DNA of 64,000 bases from Terracidiphilus sp. (GTDB lineage: Bacteria > Acidobacteriota > Terriglobia > Terriglobales > Acidobacteriaceae). Below are positions 53,724 through 64,000 of the stretch, piece after piece (within the stretch, counting starts at the first letter, position 1; every line of letters begins with the position of its first letter). The notes under the pieces were generated by a model, which saw only the letters and a program-made list of their open reading frames with translations, did no database searches and was not told where the DNA came from. Location of the stretch: the NCBI GenBank assembly GCA_050013495.1, contig JBEKFD010000001.1:29024-93023 (forward strand), read 5' to 3'. The position numbers were made by a program, and so were the translations under genes.

Positions 53724-55507
53724 GCGGCGCCGATCTCGACGGGTTGGGCGGGACGGCGGCGATGCATGCGGGCGGCATGCTGGGCCCACTGGCGCGGGCA
53801 CAGTATGGGGCGCTGGCACGGCTGCGCTGGCGCATGTTTTCCAATGGAATGCGTTCCAACAAGGGCATGCTGGAACTGGGCGCGCGGACGTTCTCTTACA
53901 TCGTCTACGCCTTGATGGGACTGGCCCTTGCCGTGGGCGCAGGTCTCGCGACCTATTTCCTTGCGGCCGGAAATCAGTGGCGTTTTTTGCCGGTGCTGTT
54001 CTGGGTGCTGGCGTTTCTGTGGCAGGCAATCCCGGTAATGCTGGCCTCGTTTCAAGAGCAGTTTGACATGGGCATTCTGTTGCGCTTTCCGGTGCGCTTC
54101 GGATCGTACGTTTTGCTCTACCTGGTGTTCGGGCTGCTGGATATTTCGACGATTCTCGGCGGGTTGTGCTGCGCTGGCATCTGGTTTGGAGTGGCCGCGG
54201 CACGGCCCGGGCTGCTGTTGTGGACGACGCTTGCACTGGCGGTGTTTGCGGCTTTCAACATTCTGCTGGTGCGGGCCATTTTTGTATGGATCGATCGCTG
54301 GCTGGCGCAGCGCAAGACGCGGGAAATTCTGGGGGCTGTCTTCATGGTAGCGCTGCTGAGCATGCAATTGCTCAATCCGACGCTCTACCAGACCAGGCAC
54401 TCAGGCAAGAACTCCCCTCGGCAGCAGGTGGAGCAGATTAATGCGGCCAAGACGCGCTACAAACCCTGGTTGAAGAAAGCCAACGGAGTGCAGAAGTGGC
54501 TCCCGCCTGGGCTTGCGGCGCTGTCGCTTCGCGAGGCCATCGAGGATAGGCCCGTGCAGGGGCTGGGTTCGTTGGGCGTGCTTGGCCTATATGCATTGGC
54601 TGCCGGCGGCGTGCTCGCGCTGCGGCTGAAGGCTGAATACCGCGGCGAGAACCTGGGCTCGGCGCCAGCGAGGGACAAGGCAGCTGTGAGCCGGACGAGG
54701 GCTGTGGCAAGCTTTCCCGGAGCTGCTACAGCAGGCAGAGAAGCAGGCTGGGCGCTTGGCGGGATCATGGGCGGGTCGGGGCCCATCGCCGCGGTGATGG
54801 AGAAGGATGTGCGGTCGCTGATGCGTACGTTGCCCCTGCTCTATGCCATCGGGGCGCCGCTGCTGCTGGTGCTGGTTTTTTCCGGGGTGTTTATCAAGAA
54901 CGGAGCCGCGCAAGCGCCGATGTTTCCCCTGGCGCTTCCCATTTGCATGGTCTATGCGCAACTGGGATTCACGCAGGTGTTTTATAACAACCTGGGCACT
55001 GAAGGGGCGGGGATCCAGGTGTATTTTCTTTCGCCGACGCCCTTTAGGACCGTTTTGCTGGCCAAGAACCTGCTGCACTCACTGTTATTTGCGGCAGTGG
55101 CGGTGCTGGCCGGCGTTCTTACCACTCTGCGGCTGGGGGTTTCAGACACTGCGGTGATTGCGGCGACGGCAGCGTGGCTGCTGTTTTCGCTGCCATGCAA
55201 TCTGACTGCGGGCAACCTCTTCTCGCTCAAAATGCCTTATCGCGTGAATCCGGGCCGTATTGCGCGACAGCGCGGATCGCAGGCTAATGCGTTGCTCAGC
55301 CTGCTGGTGCAGTTGTGCATCCTGGTAGTGGGCGCGGCGGTCTTCTCCCTCGTCTGGTTCCTGGATCGGATGTGGCTCGCGACGCCGATTTTTCTAGTGC
55401 TGGCAGTGGGCGCGGTGTTTGCATGGAGACGCGTGCTGGAAAGCGCCGATGCGATTGCCTACGGGCGCAGGGACGAGCTGATGGGAACGCTGATGAAAGA
55501 AAGCTGA
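53711..55507 (+). CDS. ABC exporter membrane subunit (multi-TM)
   Basis: About 12-14 hydrophobic segments; AGGAG RBS; start overlaps the ATPase end. Confidence 0.82.
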   Translation: MADLGGADLDGLGGTAAMHAGGMLGPLARAQYGALARLRWRMFSNGMRSNKGMLELGARTFSYIVYALMGLALAVGAGLATYFLAAGNQWRFLPVLFWVLAFLWQAIPVMLASFQEQFDMGILLRFPVRFGSYVLLYLVFGLLDISTILGGLCCAGIWFGVAAARPGLLLWTTLALAVFAAFNILLVRAIFVWIDRWLAQRKTREILGAVFMVALLSMQLLNPTLYQTRHSGKNSPRQQVEQINAAKTRYKPWLKKANGVQKWLPPGLAALSLREAIEDRPVQGLGSLGVLGLYALAAGGVLALRLKAEYRGENLGSAPARDKAAVSRTRAVASFPGAATAGREAGWALGGIMGGSGPIAAVMEKDVRSLMRTLPLLYAIGAPLLLVLVFSGVFIKNGAAQAPMFPLALPICMVYAQLGFTQVFYNNLGTEGAGIQVYFLSPTPFRTVLLAKNLLHSLLFAAVAVLAGVLTTLRLGVSDTAVIAATAAWLLFSLPCNLTAGNLFSLKMPYRVNPGRIARQRGSQANALLSLLVQLCILVVGAAVFSLVWFLDRMWLATPIFLVLAVGAVFAWRRVLESADAIAYGRRDELMGTLMKES

Positions 55508-55632
55508 GGGATGTTAGCTGACCGTTAGAAACAGATAACTATCGGAGACGAGCCCGCGGTTACCAGCGTTGCCTGATCGTTGATAACTGATAACTCGTTT
55601 ACGATGCATGTGGGAAAGGGCGGTGAAGCTGA

Positions 55633-56853
55633 ATGACGGGTCTGCGGTGGTTGGGCGCGCTTGTTGTGGGTTCTTCGCTCTCGCTTCTGGCGCAGCAGAC
55701 AGCTTCGCCGCCAACGGAACACGGTCAGTCCGCTCCTTCTGCGCCGGCCGCCCCGCGAACGCTGATACCACGCACGGCCGAGGAGCGGAAGCGCGCCTAT
55801 CAGGCCGCACACCGCATTGTCCTCAATGTCATGGCGACCGACGCATCCGGCAAGCCGGTTCAAGGACTCAGCGAGCAGGATTTTACGCTGCTCGACAACG
55901 GACAGCCGCAGAACATCGCTTCCTTTCAGGCTGTGGAGGGCGATGCGGCGCGAGCCAGTGTCCATGCAGTGCTGGTTCTGGACACGGTGAATAGCACTTC
56001 GAGGAATGTTGCTTCAGAGCGAAGGGAGATAGAGAGGTTCCTGGGGATCAACGAAGGCCGGCTTGCATACCCTATCTCGATAGGCGCGTTGTCGAATGCA
56101 GGATTCGTGATCGGCGAGCCTTCCCAGGACGGCAAAACACTGATCGCCGAGTTGGGACGGCTTGCGCAGGATGTGCACGCGAAAACCTGCACCGATTAAG
56201 CAAACGAAGCGGGCGCGATGAACCCATCATCGGCCGTTGTCACTGCCGATGGCCAGGCCGTGATTCAGACCGAGAACCTGATGGTTCGCCTGGGTAATTG
56301 CGAAAACCGGCGTTATAAGCTTTCGATTTCGCAACTCAACCTGCTGGCGAAGCAACAGGCCGACACGCCCGGTAGAGTGATTCTCATCTGGATTGGCGCG
56401 GGCTGGCCGCAACTTACCGGCCCCGAGTTTCGTCCCGACACGCCGGTGGCGAAACAGGCATTCTTCGATTATCTTGTCGATCTCTCCACTTCGTTGCGGG
56501 AAGCGCGGATAACGGTGAATGCGGTATCTTCTCCCGAGAGCTTGCGCGCTGCGGATCTATCGAAGAACCCCGGCAAGGCGCTACTGAGCGGCGCGGCGAC
56601 GGAAGAGCAGGCGAGTGCGGCCAGCCTGGCTCTGCCGGTTCTTGCGCGCATGACGGGCGGCCGCGTGCTGGACGAGAGCAAAGATATCTCGGCGGGCATT
56701 GCCGCGTGTCTTGCCGATACCGCGTCCTATTATGTGTTGTCGTTCGATTCCGCGCCCGCCTCCAGACCCGGCGAATATCATTCGCTGGAGGTAAAGGTGA
56801 ACAGACCGGGAGTTACCGTGCGAACCAGCACCGCATATTACGCGCAGCCCTGA
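55633..56853 (+). pseudogene. Acidobacterial VWA-related secreted protein split by an in-frame TAA at 56197-56199
   Basis: The two track ORFs are in the same frame. N-half: D-x-SGKPVQGLSEQDFTLLDNG, LVLDTVN. C-half: PGRVILIWIG, TGGRV, YYVLSF, EYHSLEVKV. Confidence 0.82.
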
Positions 56854-56864
56854 GTTATAGCGAG

Positions 56865-59800
56865 TTACTCAACGTCAGCCCAGTTATCCTCCGGGTTGCG
56901 GTCGATGAGTTTGCTGTAGGGGTCGATGGCGGCGCGCGTGGGCGGCTCATCTACCACAAACGTAAGGGTAGTGTGCGGTTGCGTGATCCACACCTTCTCA
57001 GTGTGCAGAGGCTCTTCGCTGTCCTTCTTTCCTTTGAAGACGCCCACCTCGATCAGGTCGTGAATGGGAATCTCGGTTTCCGCGCCTTCGCCGTTGGCGC
57101 GCATCTTGCGCGCATCCACGACCAGCGTCACCTTGTATTTGTGATCCGCGGTGGGCTGCACCTTGGCGGAGACCGCCTTGTTGTCATAGAGCGTGATGGT
57201 CTCAAACATGTCGGTGATCATGTACTGCAGATCGGGCGGCGTCTGCTTGCGCAACTCGTCCATCAGGCCGCGCGTGTCAGGATACGGCGGTCCATTCATC
57301 TTCCACTTATCGAGAAACGACTTCAGCGCCAGGTTCAGCTTGTCTTCGCCAATGGCATCGGAGAGGGCGTAGAAGGCCATAGAGCCCTTCTGATACCACA
57401 CGTACGGTTCGTTCTGGACCAGCACCAGCGGCGGTTCGTGGCGCACCTCGCCGGCACGGCCCCGCAGGTAGCCATCGAGCTCATGTTTCAGGAATCGGCG
57501 CATGTGCGCATCGCCGTACCTGTGCTGCATCACGCGTAACGCGGAATATTCGGCCAGGCTCTCGGACATCATGTTGGAGCCTTTCTCAAGGCCCCCGATC
57601 AACTGGTGGCCCCACCACTGATGGGCAAGTTCGTGCGCGGTGACGAACCATGTGTAATCGATATCGTCGGGCCGCTCCAGTCGCCCGATAAATCCGATTC
57701 CCTCAGAGTAAGGAACGGTGTTGGGAAACGATTGCGCGAAACCGCGATAGCGGGGAAACTCGATAACGCGGAACTGGTCGAACTGGTACGCCCCGTAGTT
57801 CTTTGTGTAGTAATCCAGGCCAGCCTTCGATGCGCCCACCATCTTGTCCAGGTCGTATGTGTGCGAGGGAAGATAGTAGATCTCCAGTCTTACTCCGTTC
57901 CAGTTATCGTGCTTGACTGCATAGTTGCCGGAGATGTAACTGAAGAAGTCCTGAATCTTGGTGGAACCCATCGTGTATTCGAAGTAGCGGCGGCCGTTCT
58001 GTTGCCACTCGCGCACCAGGTCTCCTGGCGAGATGGCGATCTGGCTGGGCGAGGTGCTGACTATGGAGTGATAGGTAACAAAGTCCGAGTCCGGGCCGAA
58101 CAAGTCGGTTTGCATGCCGTACGGGTCACCGCGATCAGGGAGTTCTTCGAGCTGCCCCAGGCCCTCTTCGCGGCGCCGTACAGGGTTATCGAGTTCGCGT
58201 CCCCTGTCGTAGCCGAGCGAAGGGAAGTAATCGCGATCGAAGAATGTGCCGTTGTATGCAAACTCCGCCTGCTCGTTTGAATTGCGAAAGCCGGGATTGT
58301 CATATCCGCATTGAAAGTGAATCGGAAGCGATTCACGGGGGTTGAGCGGCGTGGTGAGATGGTAGATCCAGAAGCCGTGCTTTGTGTCCGCCAATGTAGT
58401 GGTGGAGGGGCGGTCGAAAGTAATCGCCCGCAACGACTTTCGGCCATTGGTTACATAGATGTCCTGAATGGGCTTGTCTGTCTCATTCACTGCCGTATAA
58501 GTGCCTGTAGCATTGAAGCTGCGATTCTCAGGGTAGATATTGACTGACGTGTCCACTGCGACAATTTTAGGGATGGGCGCGCGCTCGTACTTCTTGTAGA
58601 GCTTTTCGTAATCCGCTTGCAGGTCCCTGACGGACTTATCGGTAAGGAACGGATTGAGGATGTGCGTGTTGTAGTAGTACCAGGCTCCGCTGCCGATGGC
58701 TGCGAGCAGCGGCACCGCAAGATAGAGAGCATACGCCGGAAGAGATTGACGCGCCACTCCGAGCCGAGTGCGCAAGCCAGTTTCGGGGCCGCGACGCGCC
58801 AACAGGCTGGCAAGGACGCCAAGAAATACCCCCCAGGCCAGCCAGTACAAAGTGGACCAGAGAATCGGCTGCACGAAGTGGCCGTAGCCGTTCATGTCGG
58901 AATAGGTGTACGGCACAACATCGCCGTACATATAGAGCCGGTCGCTAAGCCCGGCGGTGTCGAGAATGATGGAGAGCAAGAATATACCGATGACTATTCC
59001 GTGGCCTATGAATTTATTGGAGACGATGGTTTGCACAAAGAAGGCGAGCAGCGCAAAGATCATCACCTGCGAAAAGACAACCAGGTAGAGTTCTTCAGCG
59101 TACTGAAGAAGTTCGAAGTGATAATAGCCGCCGATAATTTGCGAAGCAACACCGGATACGAGTACGAGCGTGAGCAGGAAGAGTTCCGCCGCGCACAGTG
59201 CCGTCAGCTTGCTTAGGGTATCGATCCAGCCGCGGAAAGGCAGAGCATCGTGTATCTGGTCGAAGTGCGTGTCGCGCTCTCGCCACACTAACTCTCCGGC
59301 ATACATGGTGGCCACGATGTAAAGAAGCAGGGGAGCGATGCCTTCCACCGCTTGTAACATGAGGTAAGTGACTGGCCAGACGTTGGCGTCGCCCGTATTT
59401 CCCGCGAAGTGGCCGTTCGACAGGCATGTAACTACCACCACGCCGGTGATGGCCCAGAAGGGAATCTCGCGAAAAATGTTGCGGAAGTAAATGCGTGAGA
59501 GGGAAAGAAACTGTTCGACCCCGGTGGCGAACGAGAAGCGGGTTGCGACGATGGGCAACAGGTTGTGAAAGCGGGGCGCTGGCGGAGCGGTGGACTCCTG
59601 CTCTGTCTTTTTCTGCTTTTTGCCGCGCGTGGCCGTCAACGCTTCAGCCGACATGGGAAAGAAGATATAGACGGCTATAAGCGCGGCGATACCCACCGAG
59701 CACCAAACCACGCGATTCCAGAGAAACATGCCTGTGAAGGGCATCCACAGCGTGTTCTGCTCGGAGACAGTCCAATAGCGAGTGACGCTGCGGAGCAACA

Positions 59801-60440
59801 AGAATCCCACGGGGTCGAAAACCGACTGCCAATAAGGATTGAAGCTGCGCGTATTCAGCACAGCAGTCACGCCAAGGAGATACACGGCGAAGAGCACCAC
59901 ACCCTGCAGATACACGACAATGACGCGCCGGGTTAGCGCGGCGACAAGAAAGAAGACCGCGCCCAGAAAGAAGACCTGCGGAAAGATGATGACCGCGTAG
60001 TGATAGGCCAGCATGGGCAGGTTGATTGGGCCAAGACGGGTGTGGTCGACCCAGGGCGCGAAGGCGCCGAGTATCTCGCCCACCGGAATGCCGGCGAAAA
60101 TGAACAGGGTGATCAGCAGCGACCCGGCCCAGCGCCCACCGAGATAGGCAAACTTGCCGATGGGCTTGGTGAAGATCATCTGATAGGTGTCGCGCTGGAA
60201 GTCGCGCAGGATGGATGTGCCGAAGATGGCGGCCATTACGATGCAGCCGAAAAAGCAGAGCTGCGTATCGAAGAGCAGCGTGACGAAAGGGCCGTTGACC
60301 AGCACTTTGCCGGGCGGTTGGGTGTAATTCGATGAACCCACGAAAAGGAACATCAATAAGACCCACAGCCCGAAAAAGCAATATGTGGAGACGCTCTTCA
60401 GGCGAAGCTTGATCTCGAACAACAGAAAGTCAAGAAACAT
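56865..60440 (-). CDS. ABC permease - M1 aminopeptidase fusion protein
   Basis: Two multi-TM permease blocks, then HELAHQWW-X-SESLAEY and YQKG. Confidence 0.92.
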   Translation of the reverse strand: MFLDFLLFEIKLRLKSVSTYCFFGLWVLLMFLFVGSSNYTQPPGKVLVNGPFVTLLFDTQLCFFGCIVMAAIFGTSILRDFQRDTYQMIFTKPIGKFAYLGGRWAGSLLITLFIFAGIPVGEILGAFAPWVDHTRLGPINLPMLAYHYAVIIFPQVFFLGAVFFLVAALTRRVIVVYLQGVVLFAVYLLGVTAVLNTRSFNPYWQSVFDPVGFLLLRSVTRYWTVSEQNTLWMPFTGMFLWNRVVWCSVGIAALIAVYIFFPMSAEALTATRGKKQKKTEQESTAPPAPRFHNLLPIVATRFSFATGVEQFLSLSRIYFRNIFREIPFWAITGVVVVTCLSNGHFAGNTGDANVWPVTYLMLQAVEGIAPLLLYIVATMYAGELVWRERDTHFDQIHDALPFRGWIDTLSKLTALCAAELFLLTLVLVSGVASQIIGGYYHFELLQYAEELYLVVFSQVMIFALLAFFVQTIVSNKFIGHGIVIGIFLLSIILDTAGLSDRLYMYGDVVPYTYSDMNGYGHFVQPILWSTLYWLAWGVFLGVLASLLARRGPETGLRTRLGVARQSLPAYALYLAVPLLAAIGSGAWYYYNTHILNPFLTDKSVRDLQADYEKLYKKYERAPIPKIVAVDTSVNIYPENRSFNATGTYTAVNETDKPIQDIYVTNGRKSLRAITFDRPSTTTLADTKHGFWIYHLTTPLNPRESLPIHFQCGYDNPGFRNSNEQAEFAYNGTFFDRDYFPSLGYDRGRELDNPVRRREEGLGQLEELPDRGDPYGMQTDLFGPDSDFVTYHSIVSTSPSQIAISPGDLVREWQQNGRRYFEYTMGSTKIQDFFSYISGNYAVKHDNWNGVRLEIYYLPSHTYDLDKMVGASKAGLDYYTKNYGAYQFDQFRVIEFPRYRGFAQSFPNTVPYSEGIGFIGRLERPDDIDYTWFVTAHELAHQWWGHQLIGGLEKGSNMMSESLAEYSALRVMQHRYGDAHMRRFLKHELDGYLRGRAGEVRHEPPLVLVQNEPYVWYQKGSMAFYALSDAIGEDKLNLALKSFLDKWKMNGPPYPDTRGLMDELRKQTPPDLQYMITDMFETITLYDNKAVSAKVQPTADHKYKVTLVVDARKMRANGEGAETEIPIHDLIEVGVFKGKKDSEEPLHTEKVWITQPHTTLTFVVDEPPTRAAIDPYSKLIDRNPEDNWADVE

Positions 60441-60467
60441 GCGCGGTTTCTCCTGGCTGAGGCGGCC

Positions 60468-61364
60468 CTAGTTGACGGTCTGCGAGTTGACGCTTTGGGA
60501 GTTGAGGGTGAGGAAGTAGACGTCTTCGAGGGCCGGGTCAACCTGGCGGAAGCCCTCGCCTGGCGCCGTGTCAGAATGCACGCGAATCTCATGCGCGCCG
60601 CCCAGCAACTTGGTCGAGACGACTTTGAACTGGGCTGATACCGCAGCGAATTGCTCCTCGGTGTGGACGAGCGTGCTCCAAATGTTGCTGCGCAAACGCT
60701 CCAGCGTTTCTTCCGGCGCGCCTTCCAGTACCACCTGCCCGTTGCTGATGATGGCCATGCGCGGGCATAGCTCGCGCACATCGTCGACGATATGCGTGGA
60801 GAGGATCACGATCACGTCCTGTGCCAGCGAACTGAGGAGATTGAGAAAGCGATTGCGCTCGGCGGGATCGAGGCCTGCAGTCGGCTCATCGACAATGATC
60901 AGCCTGGGGTTGGCGAGCAGCGCCTGGGCAATGCCAAAGCGTTGCTTCATACCGCCCGAGTAAGTGCTCAGAGCCTTTTTGCGCACATCCCAGAGGTTAG
61001 TCTGCTTCAGCAGCGCGTCTACAATCTCTTTGCGCTCGCCGGATTTATGGATGCCCTTCATCACGGCTAGGTGGTGAAGCATATCGACAGCCGAGATGCG
61101 CGGATAGACGCCGAATTCCTGCGGCAGGTAACCCAGTTGGCGGCGCACCGCGTCTTTATTCGCTACGACGTCCAGGCCGTTGAGCAGAATGGTTCCCGAG
61201 TCCGGCTCCTGCAGCGTCGCAATGGTGCGCATGAGCGTGGATTTGCCGGCGCCATTGGGCCCCAGCAAGCCAAACATGTTATTCCCGATGGTCAGGCTCA
61301 GGTTATTCAGCGCTTGCACGCCGTTGGGATAGCGCTTGGACAGGCCGCGAATTTCAAGGCTCAA
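60468..61364 (-). CDS. ABC transporter ATP-binding protein
   Basis: GPNGAGKST, YSGGM, VDEPTAGLD; TTG start with AAGGAG RBS. Confidence 0.95.
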   Translation of the reverse strand: MSLEIRGLSKRYPNGVQALNNLSLTIGNNMFGLLGPNGAGKSTLMRTIATLQEPDSGTILLNGLDVVANKDAVRRQLGYLPQEFGVYPRISAVDMLHHLAVMKGIHKSGERKEIVDALLKQTNLWDVRKKALSTYSGGMKQRFGIAQALLANPRLIIVDEPTAGLDPAERNRFLNLLSSLAQDVIVILSTHIVDDVRELCPRMAIISNGQVVLEGAPEETLERLRSNIWSTLVHTEEQFAAVSAQFKVVSTKLLGGAHEIRVHSDTAPGEGFRQVDPALEDVYFLTLNSQSVNSQTVN

Positions 61365-61428
61365 GAGATTTCTCCTTCGAGGGTGTTTGGCTGCTGGGAC
61401 TGAGGGGGAACGCAGTTAGCTGGAATGG

Positions 61429-61455
61429 TAACGCAAAATGGACGGTTGTTGTTCC
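61429..61455 (-). promoter_or_regulatory. Putative ECF sigma promoter for the ABC/M1 operon
   Basis: Minus strand GGAAC-N17-CGTTA. Confidence 0.55.
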
Positions 61456-61553
61456 CTGTAGTTAGCTAATTTGTTTTGGGGGAGGGTTTGAGTCGCAAAC
61501 TGCAATGGGGCGATACAATCGGAGCGACTTGGTGCAGTCGAAAGAGACGGACG

Positions 61554-64000
61554 ATGACGGAGAAGCTGAAGCTGGACCGGCGGAACTTCCTCAAGCAAGC
61601 GGCGGGTGCGGTGGGAGCTGCCACGCAAGCGGAGAACTGGAGCACGCTGGCGGATGCACGGGTGGTCCACGATGGGCAAAAGGAGAAACAGCCGCATGCG
61701 GATGTGAGTTACCCGCGGCGGTTTCGCGGGCGGCAACTGCGGATGATTTCGTTTCCTCTGGGCGGCGTGGCCGCGGGAAGCCTGGGGCTGGGCGGCCGCG
61801 GGCAGCTTGTGAACTGGGAGATTTTCAACCGGCCGAACAAGGGGTTTCGGCCGGCGTATGCGTTCCCTGCGATCTGGGCGCAGTCGGGAAGCGGGAAGCC
61901 GGTGGCGCGCGTGCTTGAGTCGCGCATGCTGCCTCCGTATGAGGGGCAGGATGGCCTGGGGTCAAGCAATGTTCCGGGGCTGAGCCGGTTGGAGTCGGCG
62001 ACGTTTACAGGCGAGTATCCGCTGGCGCACATCGATTTCGAGGACCGATCGCTGCCGGTGAAGGTGGAACTTGATGCGTTTTCGCCGTTCATTCCGCATG
62101 AGCCGGATGAATCGGGATTGCCGGTGGCGATTCTCCGCTATTCGGTGACGAATCCGAATGCAATGGCGGCGAGCGTGGGCATTGCGTTCTCCATCGAGAA
62201 TCCGGTGAACACGAAGGAAGACAACGACAACGCGCGACTGAAGACGGATGCGGGACGGCGGAATGAGTATCTTGCCGCGGATGGAGTTGCGGGCCTGGTG
62301 ATGAGCAATCCCGGTCTGGCGGCGGGAGATCCGATGGCCGGGGAGTTTGTCCTGGCTGCGATTGCGGATGGGGGCGCGGAGGTTTCGCATTGGGAGGGAT
62401 GGCCAGCAGGGCGCTGGTGGAATGCGCCGCTTCATTTCTGGGATCGGTTTTCGAAGACGGGCGAGCTGGGTGCCCAGCCCGATCCGCACAATATGGTTGG
62501 CGTGCTGTGTTTGAAGAGAATGATTCCAGCCGGCAAGTCGGCGAGCTTTGAGTTTCTGCTGGGCTGGCGGTTTCCGAATCGTACGCCGGATTGGATCGGG
62601 TGGGAGTCGCCGAAGGGTGAAGGGAAGACGGTGATCGGCAATGCGTATGCGGCGCGCTTCAAGAGCGCATGGGACGCGGTGAGTTACACGGCGGCCAATT
62701 TGCGTGAGTTGGAAGCGGGCACCCGGATGTTTACCAATGCTCTGCGCGACAGCACGCTGCCGGGGGCAGTGAAAGAGGCGGCGAGCGCGAACCTTTCAAC
62801 CCTCGCGACCACGACCTGCTTCCGCACCGCGGATGGGGAGTTTCACGCGTGGGAGGGGAGCGGCGACCAGGGAGGCTGCTGCTTTGGCAACTGCACGCAT
62901 GTGTGGAATTACGAGACGGCGACAGCGTTCTTGTTTCCATCGATTGCGCGGTCACTGCGAAGGTCCGCATTTGGCTTCTCGATGGACGATGCGGGTGCGA
63001 TTCACTTTCGGCAGTTGCTGCCTGAGGGCAAGGGACGCTCAGGATATGCGGCGGCCGATGGGCAGATGGGACAGATCATCCATGCATGGCTGGACTGGAA
63101 AATTTCCGGTGACGAGGCGCTGCTCAAGAGCACTTGGCCGCGCGCGAAAAAGGCGCTTGAGTTTGCGTGGGTTGCGGGCGGATGGGACGCGAATCGCGAT
63201 GGCGTAATGGAAGGCGTGCAGCATAACACGTACGACGTGGAGTTTTATGGGCCGAATCCGCTGTGTGGGATCTATTACCTGGGCGCGTTGCGAGCGGGTG
63301 AAGAGATGGCGCGTGCGGCGGGGGATGTGGAGTCGGCCGGGACCTATGCGCGGCTATTCGAGCAGGGAAGCAAGTGGATCGATGCGAATCTGTTCAACGG
63401 CGAGTTTTATGTGCAGAGGGTGCGCGGGTTTCGCAAGGATGAGATTGCCAAGAACCTGCGCAGCGACATGGGCTCCGAGGACACGGAGACGCCGGAATAC
63501 CAGGTGGGCGGCGGGTGTTTGGCCGATCAACTCATTGGGCAATACCTGGCGGAGATTGGCGGCATGGGGCCGCTGGTGTCCCCGGAGAATATTCGCAAGA
63601 CGCTGCGTTCGATCTACAAGTACAACTACAAGCCGACACTTGCGGCTCACGACAATGTGGAGCGGACCTATGCGCTGAATGAAGAAGCGGCTGTGGTGGT
63701 GTGCGACTACGGTAGGGCGGAGCGGCCGCACATTCCGTTTCCTTATTATGCCGAGGCGTGGACGGGGCAGGAGTACCTGGTGGCAGCGCTGATGATGAAC
63801 TGGGGCATGGTGAAGGAAGGCGTGGAGTGCGTGGAGAATGTGCGCGCGCGGTTTGACGGGGAGAAGCGGAATCCGTGGGATGAGCCGGAGTGCGGGCATC
63901 ACTATGCGCGCGCCATGTCGTCGTGGTCGACGGTGGTTGCGCTGAGCGGATTTCTCTATGATGGTGCTGCCGCGGCCGTGGTGGCAGTGCCGAAGATGCC
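61554..64000 (+). CDS. GH116 family glycoside hydrolase with Tat signal; 3' end runs off the window
   Basis: Not in the ORF track because it has no stop in the window. MTEKLKLDRRNFLK Tat motif, FPLGGVAAG...WEIFNRP, HNTYDVEFYG (in frame at 63231), NPWDEPECGHHYARAMSSW. Confidence 0.9.
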   Translation, partial: MTEKLKLDRRNFLKQAAGAVGAATQAENWSTLADARVVHDGQKEKQPHADVSYPRRFRGRQLRMISFPLGGVAAGSLGLGGRGQLVNWEIFNRPNKGFRPAYAFPAIWAQSGSGKPVARVLESRMLPPYEGQDGLGSSNVPGLSRLESATFTGEYPLAHIDFEDRSLPVKVELDAFSPFIPHEPDESGLPVAILRYSVTNPNAMAASVGIAFSIENPVNTKEDNDNARLKTDAGRRNEYLAADGVAGLVMSNPGLAAGDPMAGEFVLAAIADGGAEVSHWEGWPAGRWWNAPLHFWDRFSKTGELGAQPDPHNMVGVLCLKRMIPAGKSASFEFLLGWRFPNRTPDWIGWESPKGEGKTVIGNAYAARFKSAWDAVSYTAANLRELEAGTRMFTNALRDSTLPGAVKEAASANLSTLATTTCFRTADGEFHAWEGSGDQGGCCFGNCTHVWNYETATAFLFPSIARSLRRSAFGFSMDDAGAIHFRQLLPEGKGRSGYAAADGQMGQIIHAWLDWKISGDEALLKSTWPRAKKALEFAWVAGGWDANRDGVMEGVQHNTYDVEFYGPNPLCGIYYLGALRAGEEMARAAGDVESAGTYARLFEQGSKWIDANLFNGEFYVQRVRGFRKDEIAKNLRSDMGSEDTETPEYQVGGGCLADQLIGQYLAEIGGMGPLVSPENIRKTLRSIYKYNYKPTLAAHDNVERTYALNEEAAVVVCDYGRAERPHIPFPYYAEAWTGQEYLVAALMMNWGMVKEGVECVENVRARFDGEKRNPWDEPECGHHYARAMSSWSTVVALSGFLYDGAAAAVVAVPKM

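Overview
A GC-rich, gene-dense chromosomal window. It is most likely from an Acidobacteriota (Terriglobia/Acidobacteriaceae-like) genome; this is inferred from the nadA-motif riboswitch, the REP-like repeat families and lineage-typical proteins. About 50 CDSs are supported: nadB, nadA, tatB/tatC, mlaE/mlaF, otsA/otsB, guaA, ugd plus a UDP-GlcA decarboxylase, a SurA/PpiD-like chaperone, malQ, GH2 and GH116 glycosidases, several peptidases, two ABC export modules and three type II toxin-antitoxin pairs. I saw no rRNA, tRNA, CRISPR array, integrase or transposase. Main observations: (1) an animal-type glutaminyl-cyclase-like M28 gene is translationally coupled to tatBC, and all 13 recognisable Sec-type precursors in the window have Gln at the predicted +1 position, suggesting a Bacteroidetes-style 'Q-rule' pyroglutamate capping system; (2) a tandem NAD+-I (nadA-motif) riboswitch; (3) a trehalose-6-phosphate synthase fused to a TM-periplasmic sensor-TM-HAMP module; (4) a PadR mini-regulon with two copies of a palindromic operator; (5) many apparently leaderless genes; (6) REP and heptamer repeats that have entered coding frames; (7) two broken genes (an M13 frameshift and a VWA in-frame stop). 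All calls are by-eye motif recognition; no searches were run.
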